A stretch of 64,000 nucleotides of DNA, taken from the human T2T-CHM13v2.0 reference genome, Homo sapiens. How positions within the stretch are numbered: the first letter of the stretch is position 1; the number at the start of each line of letters is the position of its first letter. Shown here one piece after another: positions 45,460 through 64,000 of the stretch. The DNA lies in the NCBI RefSeq assembly GCF_009914755.1, contig NC_060928.1. One strand, 5' to 3'. Both the position numbers and the translations under genes were made by a program. Under the pieces are notes generated by a model, which was given only the letters and a program-made list of their open reading frames with translations, made no database searches and was not told where the DNA came from.

Positions 45460-46797
45460 TCATTTAGACTACCATTTCTTTGGCGTCCATGAAATTTTTA
45501 AGGCAAATTTATTATTTGCCTTAAAGTTTTCCATATCCTACAAATTAGAATTAAATTGTTCTTATGTAAATGCTAAAATAGCATCCTTATAACTTAGAAA
45601 ATCATGCTGGTGTTTGCATTTCTAAAGGAAAATGTAGGTTACCCAGGTAATTTGCACTATTTTGTGTAAAAATCACCTGAATGTTGAAGTATAAAATAGG
45701 CTTTTAAACTATAGCAACCTATGTGTTAAAAGACATCTATCTCAAAGTAAGACAAAATATGACTTCTCAGTGAGCATTTCCAATGAGGTGTTGACATGTT
45801 AATTGAAGCAGTTGAGAAATTCATTATCAAAATGCTCAGATATCAGGATTCTAGCTGATGTGCTTAGTAAAGCAGAATTCATTGACTACCTTTCTAATGA
45901 TCTGTTCTGAATAACTTATTTTAAAATCTTTAGAGACCTTAGCTGCTCATCTCAAAACAAACATAATCTATTTAAAATTAACATATTAGTGAGCAACCGA
46001 ATTTTTCTCAATTGTATCTTTCCATATAGCTGAGGGTGAGTAAAGAGTTAATACCCAGCCTGGGCTGTTACAGTAGTGCTGAGAATGACCCCTGATTCCT
46101 AAAGCATCATTTCCTTGAAAACAATGGAGATAAGCTACAGGGGGAATTGGAGTCGGCCTTTTTTACTGTGAGGGGCTGCACCTGCACTGGGGGAGCTGTG
46201 TATTGGCCTGAAGACCTTTGGCCCATGTGACTAGATGGTATGCAAGTGTGGTTTGGAACAAAGGCTGTGATTCCCTGTGTGAAGGCAATCATAAACACCC
46301 TGACTTTTGTCCATGGCAGCTGTACCTATGTGTCCTGTGTGATGAGGGGCAAAGGAAGCTCTTGAGAACCTGCTGAGTCTCCTGTGTGAGGCAGATGCTG
46401 GAGGTCTGATGGGTTTCCTGCCTCACATCCTCCTAGGGGGCTGAGTGAACATAAGGTTAGATTAAAGCCTATGGGTGTTCTGAGAGTCTGTATGACAATT
46501 GGAACCTCAAATCTCAGCAGTGGTGGACAGAAGCTGACCAGGCTTTCAGATCCTTTGAGACTCAATATGGCCAAATGTTCCAGGAGGGAGTTCTGAGGAG
46601 AATCTGATGCTGATCCAATCCGGTTTTGAGGTAGCCAAAGTGCTACAGAAAATAACATGCTGAATCTTATTATTGGAACATGGATCGCACAGGTTTATCC
46701 CCTGTTGAATTGGCAGATGGATGATCTGTGAGATAAAATTGAGAGGAAAGTGGCTCAAGAGACAGTTAATTCCTTGTTTCCTATTAATAATTTCGGG

Positions 46798-47098
46798 GGC
46801 TGGGGGCGGAGGCTCACGCCCATAATCGCAGAACTTTGGGAGGCCAAGGCAGGTGGATTGCTTGAGCGCAGGAGTTGGGGACCAGCCTGGCCAACATGGT
46901 GAAACCCCATCTCTACCAAAATTATGAAAAATTAGCCAGGTGTGGTGGTGGGCGCCTGTGGGCCCAGCTACTCTGGAGGCTGAGGTGGGAGGATTGCTTG
47001 AACCGGGAAGCAGAGGCTGCAGTAAGCTAAGATCGCGCCACTGCACTCCAACCTGGGTGACAGAGTGAGAGATCCCATCTCAAGAAAAAAAAAAAAAA
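46798..47098 (+). mobile_element. Alu (J/S-type), intronic
   Basis: Full dimer with A tail. Confidence 0.92.
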
Positions 47099-47274
47099 CT
47101 CATGGAAAAAACTACTCAAGGGAAAGAGACACAGCCAGTAAAGCAAGCAGCTTCATGACCTGAGCTCAAGATGAAAACAAAAGCCCAGTTGGTACTTGGA
47201 AGGACACTGCCCTTAATTTTAATCTTCCCTTCTGCAACTCCAGGCAAGTGACACTGCAAACTAGTGACTATAGT

Positions 47275-47598
47275 GCAGCCCTGTTCCATAAAAACATAAT
47301 GTGAGCCACAAATAAAAGCCATGTGTGTGATTTTAATTTTTACATTAACTACATTTAACAAGTTAAAGGCAACAGGTCAAAATAACTTCAGTTTGAAAAA
47401 AAAAATAACTCAGTATGTTCCCAATATCTTTTCAACACTTATTGAAGGAAAAATTGAGATAGTTTTCATTCTTTATTTCATACAAAGTCCTTGAAACCTG
47501 GCATGTGTTTTACATTCACAGCACATCTCAATTCAGACTCTAAATTTCTAGTGCTCAATAACCACATGAGGCTAGTAGCTACCAAATTGGACAAAGCA
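47275..47598. mobile_element. hAT-Charlie MITE, MER33/MER3-like
   Basis: cagccctgttcca...ataatgtgagccaca and cacagcacatctcaattcagac...gctagtagctaccaaattggaca. Confidence 0.7.
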
Positions 47599-47599
47599 T

Positions 47600-50990
<3,391 letters not shown>

Positions 50991-53900
50991 CTGCATAGCC
51001 TTAATTTAGCTACTTAACTTTATGATTATTGGTTTCTTATTCCAGGAAAATATTTATTATACTACCTATCAGTTCTTTTAGGGTGAGAGAAAATATATAA
51101 ACCACCGGACAAAGCACTCAAATTGCTGCTATTATATTATTCATATTTTGAGTGTAATATTACATTATTCTAGAAATTGCACAAAGCACAATAGGAAAGA
51201 ATACAAATAACAACTTGAATCATTTTACTATTAGATGTTTTAAACTCAGAGTAACCAAACTAGCACTAAAATACTATGTAAAATAGGCCTACCCAGTCAC
51301 CTGTTCTCCAGGTGGCCTTGCATTTGAGCACTATTACACTAAAAGGTTAACCAACAGCATAAAAGTAAAAACATCATTCACCCCTCAAGTCCTCACTGTC
51401 TTATTATTACAATACATGGGTTTTGCCATGTGACTGCTAGAATTCCTTGCAAATCTAATTTATGGAACCAAAGAGTCTTTGTGTTTTAAATGTGTTCCAT
51501 GAAAGAGTGCAGATCATTTTGAATGTGCCCATGAGATGAGGCATGTGGAGTCATATCAGACCCCTTTCAGAAACAGGATCTCAACTCTGTGGGAAGGAAA
51601 GGAACAGACTCCTGTACAGGGTCCTGTCTGCTCTCGCAGTAAGACAGGGGATGAGAGAGACCATGAGCCCCTGGACCTTAAAAACATCAAGTTTTTTTTT
51701 TAATGACCTAAACAATAATTTTAAGCATGGATGAAGCTTTTCTATCAGCTTATTATTATTATTAGATTACTAAATTAGAAGAAGCACTGAAATATTTTAT
51801 TACTAATTTTTCTGCTTTGCATTACCCAGTCATAAATTATCCTGTGTTTATGTATGCTTACGTGTGCAGTGATATTCCTTATTATAATTAGCACTCAAAT
51901 TTTTTTTGAGATAATTTAATTTTCTGGAAATAGCTTCAGCTTACATTCTCATGGATTACATGTCAAAAAAGCAAGGAATAAAAAATAAGTCTAGAACTTT
52001 TGACTCAGAGACATTATGTGTTAGCCAATATTTAGTGGTTATAAAATTAAGGCCCTTGACAACATAAAATATAGAAAGTGGGCAAAATCGCTGATTAAAA
52101 AGTTAAAGAAGTAGTTTAGTTTACCCACAAGTAAACCTTCTTACTATGTTTCAAGCAAGTTAGAATGGTAGGCAACGAAGAATGGAGATAACCATTTAGC
52201 TACTGCACAATTCTTTTTACAGGAGTATCTTTTTTCTGTAAATTTAAAACTGACAAAAAAAAATTTCAGTCATTATGCTTCTATATCATACTGTGAGACT
52301 TTGTATGTCTCTTTTCATTTTATTTCAATTATTATGCCAAGCACTGATTCATATAAAATGCAAGTTATAGCTAGAAATATTAGAGACAGACAGAAAATAG
52401 AAGGGTGCATACAGTCATTGAATAAAATTGCTTCATCTCTGTCACCAAACATGATACTGTATATTAACACATGTGTGAGGCAAGGACTAATTTTGTATCT
52501 TCTTCTTAGTCCTCAAAATTGACCAGAAAAAAGAAAACTTATGTGGATGTGAGAGTGATGAAGGCATGAATATTGCTATTGAGTGTGAACAAAACATTAA
52601 GCATCTAGAACAGCATGAAGTATTGATTATGTGAATTGCTGTAAGATATAACAGCATTAAACACATTATTTGCATCTTAAAGTTTCTCCCTTAGTAGGTA
52701 CCTTTGGGGCAATGCTTATACAATTAAAGTATTAAATAGATTATTCCAAATGTCTTTTTGCCAAATACTTTTTTGTAACTTTATTACCAAATAGGAATGT
52801 AAAAAACAAAGGAAAATTAAATTGTTATTAATCTCTATTTATATGGTTTCAAAATGTGTAGATTATTTTAAATTGCTAATAAACAGCAATGACTTATTTT
52901 GTTGGGAAAAATCATTGTCCTTTGAGAATATGAAGAACAGATGAAAAATGTGAATGAATTAAAATTGTTTTTCTAAAATATCTGTCTAAAATAAAATATT
53001 CAGTTTCATATATCTACACACATTTTTATATCATTTATAAATGGAAGGTCTAAAATAATGCAATTATAGATGAGGTTTAAAAAATACTTTGTTGTTGTAA
53101 GTCAATCGTTAATATAAAATTATTTGAAAGTTCACTCCAAGAGAACCCTGCATTTATTATAGATGACATCTGAATTAGCTATTAATTAGCCAAGTATACA
53201 CTTGGCATATTAAACTTAGATTCAGAAATAGTTTGGACATTGATAAATGGTAAAATTTAAATTTAAAAAGATGAATGTTTTAGATGAAATATTATAGAGG
53301 ACGGATAAGAAATCAATGGAATGATTTATTTAAAAATCTATATATCTATATCTAGCATAATATGTTAGATTCACTTACTGCCAACTTATAATTACGGAGT
53401 GACATAGGGTATTACAATAGACATCATATGTTAAAAAGCAGCATTTCTATTTTAATTAACATTGAGATGGAAGTCACTAAAATGCATGTAAATTTGAACA
53501 GAGATTATATTATTTTATTAAGTATTATTTTCCTGAACAGATTTTCAGAGAATATAGCTATAAGAAATAGCTGCGTTTAACATAAACTAAATATCTAAAT
53601 ATTTGTTTACAGGGAATAACTGAAGTCTTGCAATTTTTGTCTTATTTGAGAGGATGCGATTTCAACTCCTGATAGTAGAGTCATTCAAACAGAATTTTGT
53701 TTGAATCTAAGTTATTGGGAAATAAGTTTTCTTCGGGTATGCATGAAAGACATTTGTAGGAAACACTTTATCTATTTAAAGAACATCTTAGCTCTAGAAT
53801 AGCATAAGCTGACCTGGAATGGAAAGATTATTGAATAATTAGTGTATATGGATGCCATATGGCTTTCAACCGTGAATCCTTCTCACGTTCATCAGAATAG

Positions 53901-55599
53901 TATATACGTACGTTTGTGTTTATCCTTAGACTATAGACTTGACAAATGCACAGGGCAGAAAATCAATTATTTATTATCCTTAGAAGCTATCATGAATTAT
54001 TTTTAAAGTAAGACAGCATATAAAAACATAAGCAAATAAAATAAAGTTTGTGTACAGATGGTCAAAATGCAGTCAATGATATCTTTATTTTTTCAAAAGA
54101 TAACCATTGTGCCTAGCAAAACATAAACTTGGCTAGGATTTCTTAAATCTAGAACTAATGATCCATTCCTATTTCATTTGCATATATAAATAATAATTAA
54201 TAAATAATCATCAGTAGGGAAACAGGCACTAGAATACTGTGTGCCTATGTTTTCTTGCAGCAAACCATTGCACTATTACATTGCATTGTGGAGGAAGCTA
54301 CATGAAATGCATTAAAGCAATCTCATTTCATTCATATCTCTCAACAAATAACATGTTCGGAAATACCTTGGCATGTCTTTTTAAGCCTCCAGGACTAAAG
54401 TAATGATATCATACATGGGAATAGCGACTCTAACCAAAATGCTTCCATATCATGCATACAGACACACACAAGCACACACACACAGCACTGGAGATAGCAT
54501 CCATGACATGGTGCAGTGCGTAATCAGCACACAGCAGGCTGGGACAGTGTGGGGTGGGGAAATTTGGATACAAGAGCAAACTTGTGTTCTTTCACAATAG
54601 ATGCAGGATTCTCTGGTACCTTCACAGAGGGAAAAGTAAGTTTAAAAAAGCGGTATACAATAACTAAGCCAATGCTGAGCCTAGTTAAAACTTTCCTAGG
54701 AATAATAATTGCATTAATGTAAGGTCCCCTGTTGTGACAAACTTTCTACAGTGAGACTATTTTATTTACTTTGCCTGTTCTGCCAAATTAGAGTACTGAA
54801 GAAAATTCATGTAAACCAGTACTCATGACAATAAAGGGCATAGTACCAACATTGAGACTCATTTTGATTCTATTTATTTCAAAATTTAGATTACTCAGAC
54901 TGTTTCTAAGCAAAATACATAGTTTTAAATGACAAATTTGATCAGCCCAGAGCATTGTTAGTTTAGGGAAATAGTTTTCAACAAGTCAAAGAAAACAACC
55001 ACCCCCAAATTTGCCCAATGCTTGAAATATTTTAAAAACAAATGGGATGTATAAACTTTCTTATGAATATATCTGTGTTATATTATTGTTTCTTCTATAA
55101 AAATAAGAATGTATTGACTTCCCATAAGATAAGCCTGTTTTTTCATTAGAGTTTTCATAAAGTAATATTTAATTAAATAGGTACCTTTCACTCTATAGTT
55201 TCTATAAACATTAACTGTTTAGCTACTGGAGATATAATTATGTTGGTCTCCCAGAGAAAGATTAGAGAGTCTGCTGTATAGTCTAATACCTACTTGTATC
55301 TATAAATATATATTGCAAACACTATATCTAATTATGTAATTTCCATGCAATGAAAAATTTACAGTTAAGATAATCAAATAAAAGCAAGTGGATCATGTGA
55401 AATTATCTTTCAGGGATGAAAAACAAAGGGAGAAATGGATGCTGGGAAATAAGATGTAAACTTTAGTTGCAAAGGACAATCGCTGAGTGATTATATATTA
55501 TAAGAGAACTTAGCAAGTACTTTAAAATAATACCAGGTCTAGACAATCTGTTATGAGGTTGAGATTACTGCAAGAATTATTTAACATTAAGTCTCTTGC

Positions 55600-55690
55600 A
55601 GAGATGCTTACCTGCAGTGTACAATAGAATCATCTGGAGAACTACTTATAAATATAGTTTACCCCAGAAATTAAGTTTAGTAGACAGAAC
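55600..55690. mobile_element. MER5-like DNA transposon fragment
   Basis: tagaatcatctggagaact...ccccagaaat. Confidence 0.45.
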
Positions 55691-56415
55691 TATTTGTGTG
55701 TGACTTCTCAGGCTAAATTCTTGGCTTCAGTAGATTTCTGTTTAATTATTGCATACTATATTATGAACCCCCAAGTTAAACCACGTACAGACCCAAACTA
55801 TCTATTTTAGATTGCTTTCCTAATATTTAGTCATTATACTTGGACATGTGTCTTTGTGACCTCTTTTTATTTGATAATTTCAAAGGATGCTGCTATCAAA
55901 ACTAAATTGTTCACTTGCTATAAGTAACCTCAACATATTTTAACATTTAGAATGGATTCTAAAGATACACAGAAGGCACGAAGCATTTTGTTGCCTTATT
56001 TTGAGGTCTCTTGTGCAGTTGCTTTTAGAATTTGTTTGTATAAATAAATTTTCCATTTATTTTCAACTAATTTTATGCAAGCATCTGAGTGTTTCTTCTC
56101 TGGTGATTATTACAAGATATATGTGATATTTCTCTTTAACATATATTTTTAAATCATTTTGACCAATCAAATAGCTCTGTTAATAAAATGAAGGGTAATA
56201 TTTAAATATCCTTTTATTGATGAGAGAAGACAAGAATAAAGTTTTTAGAAAAAGAAAATACCCTTCTTAGCTGAAGGGGGATGATATTTGCTCAGCTTTC
56301 AATACAAAAGGGGCTGTGTTTCCCCACCAAACACTGCCTTGGTAGTGCAGAATATGCTGTCTGCTTTTTACTGATGACCACATTCCTCTATTTAGAGTTA
56401 AGAAAGTCAATTTAC

Positions 56416-56460
56416 CATATCTGAGAAACGGTAAAACTTCTCCAGTGCAAAAGCTTCTGT
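56416..56460 (-). CDS. GLRA3: Glycine receptor alpha-3, alternatively spliced 45-nt exon (alpha3L-specific insert, exon 8A)
   Basis: cttcccacag|ACAGAAGCTTTTGCACTGGAGAAGTTTTACCGTTTCTCAGATATG|gtaaat encodes TEAFALEKFYRFSDM, symmetric phase 0. Confidence 0.97.
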
Positions 56461-58717
56461 CTGTGGGAAGGTAAAGTGGACCAAGAGGAATTGAGAAACC
56501 AGAGAATCAATTCATATATGATTAAATATAATTACACAATTGGTTGTAATTGTATATACCATTTGAACAGACATATGTAGCAATTAATAGATTTTCACAT
56601 ATGCAAAGTATCTACCCCAACATACAAAACTGAACTTAAAAAACCTTTTTTCTTCATTAAATCATAATTATGTTTAATTACATTTGCTCCCTGAATATAT
56701 CAAGTAGTTATCAGAAAATAATAAGATATGATTGTTTTTGCATTTCTGCATTTTCCCAGGGTACCAATCACTGGAGAAAATGAATGTTTCCCTCTTTCTA
56801 TGAGCTAAAGAGGAAGGAGCATCAAATATTTTAATTTCACTTTTACATGTGGTAAAACTGAATAAAGAGGCACTTTGGTAAAAATAATTTTTTAAAAGAA
56901 GGAACCAGAATTGAGCATCTAAACTTGTTGTCTAATACTTTTTCTACTGGATATTATGATTACTGGATGTGTGGTGGATGTAGGATATGTCTGAGCTTTC
57001 ACAGTTTACCCATTTGGACACCGGATGCACAATACTTCTCTTTTCTAGAATTTACAGGACATGCTTGATACATTCTAAATTGTATAAGGAGAAGGAAAAA
57101 GGTAAAGAAATGGAAAACCAAAATGACAAAAAGCAAATCATAATGATAGGGAACATGCGTATTGCTTTACTTCTAATTAATGATACTAGAAGGGAAAGTG
57201 GTCTTTATCAGTTACTAGTAACGAAGAAAGACCAGAGTGTCATCCCTGTGATACAGCATTTGTACTGTCGTTGTTCAACCGGTGCCAGTTATCATGAAAG
57301 AAAAGATGAGAAAGTAGGCGGTGGAGAGGGAGAGAGAAGAGGAAGAAAAAGAGATAAAGGCAGAATGAGGAGAAATGAGAAATGTAACAGACCAGTAGAC
57401 CAGGGTGAGGTGAGGGAAGAAGATAAAGTTAATCTCCCCATCACAATATGTTTCAGTGTACAAAAGATATGCGTCTGTTTTCATAAAAATTTAATTAAAT
57501 GCAAGTCTTAGCCTGTTTTTTGTTCATGTATTACTAAATCTCCCGATGCTGAATGCTGATGTTCTTTCCACGTAGCTGTTAATTGTGTGTTTATTGGAGC
57601 AGTGATGCTTTTGGGAAGGCCAATTAGAAATGATAAGTAAAGTTACTGCTTTAGAATATGTTTAATACTAAGTAGATTCAAGCACTGAGAGGTCAAAGCT
57701 TAGTGCTTTTTAAAGAAGTTTAATCAATACATAAATTGCAGTATAATTTATAAAGAAACCTTAAAAAATTGAAACCTTTAAATACTTAAAAATGCACACT
57801 ATGTGAACTAGACTGTTACCATTAAGGTTTATCTTTTGACAAATATGCCAGGATATTGGATCCTTGCCACAATTACACAAAATTTTGACATTATTGTCCA
57901 TTGCTTTAAAAGACCATTTGCTTTTAAAATGTCTGTTGGCACATTCACATTAGAAGTAAATGCGTGGATCTGCGGTTGATAGAGGCTCTCTCTTATAGAA
58001 AAAGAAAGGGGATTGGTCAAAACCACATGCATGTCAAGGAAGATGCCATTACAGTTCTGCATAGAGGAAGAACTTCATTTAGGGCATCCAAATCCAATTA
58101 GGGGTTTACTTCTGCAACTTCCTACGGTGTCTTCATGATGTTCTAAGTTTCCTCCTGGTTTCATCACTTATCAGATAGTAGCCAGGCAACAAAAGCACTT
58201 TATTGTGTTTCCCACAGGGTTTCAAAAGAAATGTCTTTAGCTCATGACAATATGCATCAAGAAGAGACCACAGAGATTTGCATGTATTTATCATCATGGT
58301 ATTAGTAAATAAGTAATATTTGATGGAAATAATGAAATGAATTAGCTCTGACAAAGGAACATGAATAATTACATTTGATGACTTATATCAAGTGAAACTA
58401 TTAGAAATGCTCTAACATTGCAAGTAAGAAATGACATAATTCATTAATTAAAATTTAAAAAGTGTTGTTCCAGGAAGCGCATTAAAAAGAACTTGATATA
58501 GGTCCCATGTCATCGGATATGCTGTTTAAAGTAGAGCTAGGTGTCATCATTTTCTCCCTAAAGCTATTTTTGACACTTTTAGTTTGGATTGGAAAAAAAT
58601 GAAAGGAATATTATATCATTTCATCCCCAGTCCCAATTGCCTCTCTTTTCATCTCTATTAAATACAACAAATTCACTTTCGAGTGAAAACTGGATTCTGC
58701 CAAACCCAATACGTTTA

Positions 58718-58870
<153 letters not shown>

Positions 58871-59362
58871 CTAGCCAAGAGAGAAAGAGAAAGCAAGCAA
58901 ATTCACTTATATTGTTACTTCCTTTGAGAACAAAACTGAGTTTTTCTGATTCTGAATTATGTCATTTATACATAAGTTTTAAAAAATAAAGAAAATGACA
59001 ATTTTTTCTTGAAGTTTCCTTAGTTATTTTTGTAAATTTTATGTATTATGAGCATTTTGTTAATTTTTTTCAAATTTAGGCAATAGCCCAAACACGATGA
59101 AAGAAAACATAAGATGAAATATAATTTTACCTTCAGAACAGTATACTGCTTGAAAAGTATGAACATTGAAATATAGATAATGCTGTTGGCTTTTTAGTTC
59201 CATATTTTCATCAATTTTTTTAAAAAAATTAAAATTGTATTTATTAATTCTGTTAAGATATTTTTCTTTCATTGCATTTATAAATAATATATGGTTATTT
59301 GCTATCTATTTTGAAATATTTTTTGACTTTTATAAAGACATGTTATAAGAATAGTGCAAAGA

Positions 59363-61080
<1,718 letters not shown>

Positions 61081-61132
61081 ACTAACATCTCAATTCTGCC
61101 AACCATATTTTCAGCCTCAGCACCTTAATATA

Positions 61133-61268
61133 ATGGTAGAACCAGATACTGTGATCATTCACCTCATTTTTGGTTCTTATGAAGGTGCTTTTTGTGTGCA
61201 GATTGTTGTTGCATTTGGCCTTCCTGTTGGGAGGATTATGGCTGGAGGCTTCTATTTGGCCACCATTG
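61133..61268 (-). mobile_element. L1M 5'-end fragment
   Basis: Minus strand reads atggtggccaaatagaagcctcc...aaaagcaccttcataagaaccaaaaatgaggtga, as recalled for old L1 5' UTR starts. Confidence 0.6.
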
Positions 61269-62529
61269 GCCCCATTTGGCTCCTTGCTCCTGGTCCCATC
61301 CCCCAATGGCCCCACTGGCCTTGGTCCTAACTAACTATTTATCCTGCTCCATAGGATCTGGCAATCTGGCAGCATCCTTGACTCTGGTTCCACCAGACCC
61401 AGCCAGCCTCCTTGATTCTGACACCTGCTCAGCTATGGCCCTACAGGTCTCACTGTGTCTTGTCACCTCAAAGGTAGAAAAGGGAAGGGAAGAACAAGAA
61501 AAAGAATGGAAAAAACAGACAACTTTAAAAATGAACACAAAGGGAAGAGACAGGAAGAGAAGAGTAAAAAGAAAAGCTACGTCCGTATTTTCTAGAAATA
61601 GACTTATACAGACCTAAGTCCCTTAGAAAAAGTAATTCAGTAACCTTTAAGCAACTGTTTTCATACTCAGTTTAATTGGGCAGTGATTTGAGGTTGTAGC
61701 TGAACTCATATCTGTGTATATGTCCATTGCTCAAGGTTGAAAATTTGCTTGAGTATTAGTTTCCGCTCTTATTGTATACATGTGCATATATTCCAGAGTT
61801 AAGGAAGCATATCTTGCAAGCAATGCCAGCAAAAACATACCTTTTGTGGAGTGAGCATGAGATAATTCATTTTGTTTCATACTTTATATAGCCAATTAGA
61901 TGTGTAAAATGCTGTCATTTGCCAAGTATTAGAAATAAAAATGAGAGATACTTATATTTATGAAAGGTAAGATGTTTTTCCATCTTTCATTGGAAATGGA
62001 CAATTAGCTACAAGTCTGTTTCCTTGCTATAAAAATAAATATCCTTACTTCCAAGAAGATGTGGATCTGGGAGAACAGAATGTCAGGCTGGGTTCAAACT
62101 AATTTGCCCTACTTCTTTGGACCCAATGCATAATTATCTTAAGGATCAACACCCTACATTTTAAGAACTTGCCTGTCTTTGTGCTGTTTATATCTTCTGT
62201 ATTCTTTCCTCTTTCATCTTCAATATTTAGTGCAGCTATTTTTATGAAACGTTAGCCTGTGGGAATTTTGAACAGATTTAGATAGTAGTTTTAAAGGATA
62301 AGTGGCTCAACATTTGGGGGAAAGTTAGGGTGGCAGGAGTGGTAAATAAAGTAAGGAAAAAGCTCTTTCCTATCTTTCCCAGCAGGTTCTTCAGGTCTCA
62401 GGCTAGACTTTGCCCAAATCTGGTTCAGAATCTCATGGTACCTGTGCTGACTTGCTGTGTTACCCTAACACATTGCATTGGAATTGTTATTCCTTGTTTT
62501 TTTTTTTTTCTTTTTTTTTTTTTCCTGTT

Positions 62530-62635
62530 TGTAATGTGAACTCTTTGAGGGCAGATGACATCTCTGTTTTGGTCACCATCACATCAGCGTTTGTCACATG
62601 TACATATCTGCTGAGTGAATGGACAGATAAATGAA
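62530..62635. mobile_element. L2 3'-end fragment
   Basis: aatgtgaactctttgagggcag...tctgctgagtgaatgga. Confidence 0.55.
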
Positions 62636-63699
62636 GGCATTAAATGGTAAACTACAGGCGTCGGGGGAGAAACTGAATCATAGATGACATATGGAGATTC
62701 ACTTTCTGGAGCAATGCTTTCTTAATACCTTCAATTGGGTTGATTTTCTTTTTGAAAGAGTTTATTTCTTGACACTCGGAAGGGTGTCAACTTACATATG
62801 AAGTATTTCAACAGGGAAGCACACTGCATCTCCTCCTGCATTTTAAGTGTGACTTCTACTGATCAGAATCATCTCCACTGGGCAAAGAGCAGTGCATCTC
62901 ACTTTATTCCAGTGCTGTATCAAACGTCCATCTGTTTGCAAGTATAGATTTAAATCTCATAAATTCTGTAATTCGGCCAGAAATTTCTGGCTGCTTCCAA
63001 ATATATACAGTCCTGGAACAAGTAATATGGCTTTCAAAGATGCTGTCTCAAGCCACATTATTCCTGAACGAATATGACTCATAAAGTATGTGTGCATTCT
63101 TGAGCATCCTGAATCCATAATGACATGAACCACAGAAATTACATCAGAAATATAATTTCCAAATTAATTCAATGAGTGTTTTCAGTGACAACAAATATGT
63201 GGAAACATCATTTGTGCCTGTCAGGGTTCTGCTAATTGTTAACAGCTTAAAAGCATTGAGCCTAAAGGCCTACTTTCCTCATCATCTCTTCGAACCCCTT
63301 CACCAATTTCAAGTCTGTTTCTCCTCCTCCATTCTAGCTTCTCCGCCAAGTACAGCAAACACAGGACGTGGGAAGTTTGGAACTTTGGGGCTAGTAACTT
63401 TAAAATAAAGACAGCAGTTCTTACTTCAATGCATTCACAACACACTCATGACACACAGCGCACTCCCCATGGATTCAGAGTCATTACCTTCTTTGCTCCC
63501 CCTCCTGTATGTCTCCCTTTTGGGCAGTATCATTCCAATCTTGACCACCTTCCCAAAAGACCCATTGTCCACTGGAATCCTAGTTCTATATTCTGGAAGA
63601 ATGCCTCCTCGGTATAACTCTGTGAATACCAGTGTCTATGGAAATAAAATCTAAAGGTTTACTAATGAGGTGCACTGGTCAGGGGACCTTTGTCCCAGA

Positions 63700-64000
63700 A
63701 ACCACTCCCAAGCCATCCTGCAGAAGAAAGCTTCCTTCTCAGGGGGTGCTCTTTCCATGGCTTCTGTGACCTGTGTTTTCTGGGTTTCCCTCCCTCCACT
63801 CCACCCCATCGGCTTTGTGGATTCTCTTGCTTTTCCTGAGCTGCTTAGGGAGATGGCCTGGGCCCTTTTCTATTCTCACTGGGACACGACTCACTAATCC
63901 ATCGTATCTATCCCTATGGATTCAGTTCCTCTTCTGTGCTCATGATCCCCAAATCTCTATTTCCTGACTAAAGCCCCCTTTATCCAGGTTCTTCCTTCAC
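63700..64000. mobile_element. L2-like fragment
   Basis: Pyrimidine-rich degenerate text including catgatccccaaatctctatttcc. Confidence 0.4.

Noticed and set aside
56987-57511. 174-aa plus-strand ORF antisense to the GLRA3 intron
   Set aside because: It runs through a purine-rich low-complexity tract that is poor in stop codons. No recognisable domain or gene structure.

Overview
AT-rich primate (very probably human) genomic DNA, not a microbial accessory region. It holds the 3' end of GLRA3 (glycine receptor alpha-3) on the minus strand. Three coding exons can be read with canonical AG/GT boundaries: the TM3 exon (58727-58870), the 45-nt alternative exon TEAFALEKFYRFSDM that separates alpha3L from alpha3K (56416-56460), and the terminal TM4 exon (43459-43737). 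A long, repeat-poor 3' UTR probably runs to about 36.6 kb. The last intron contains a decayed ERVL pol. The downstream ~36 kb is intergenic and rich in repeats: a MER4 provirus fused to THE1, solo LTRs, L1s, Alus and a Tigger. Almost all listed ORFs are repeat-derived or spurious. I found no convincing new biological system. The most unusual signals are two dispersed local duplications (one joining an L1/Alu breakpoint to a copy of putative GLRA3 3' UTR sequence), a microhomology-joined ERV chimera, inverted Alus around the putative poly(A) site, and a speculative frameshifting 28-nt cryptic exon. Repeat family names come from recalled consensus sequences, not from a search, and repeat boundaries are approximate.
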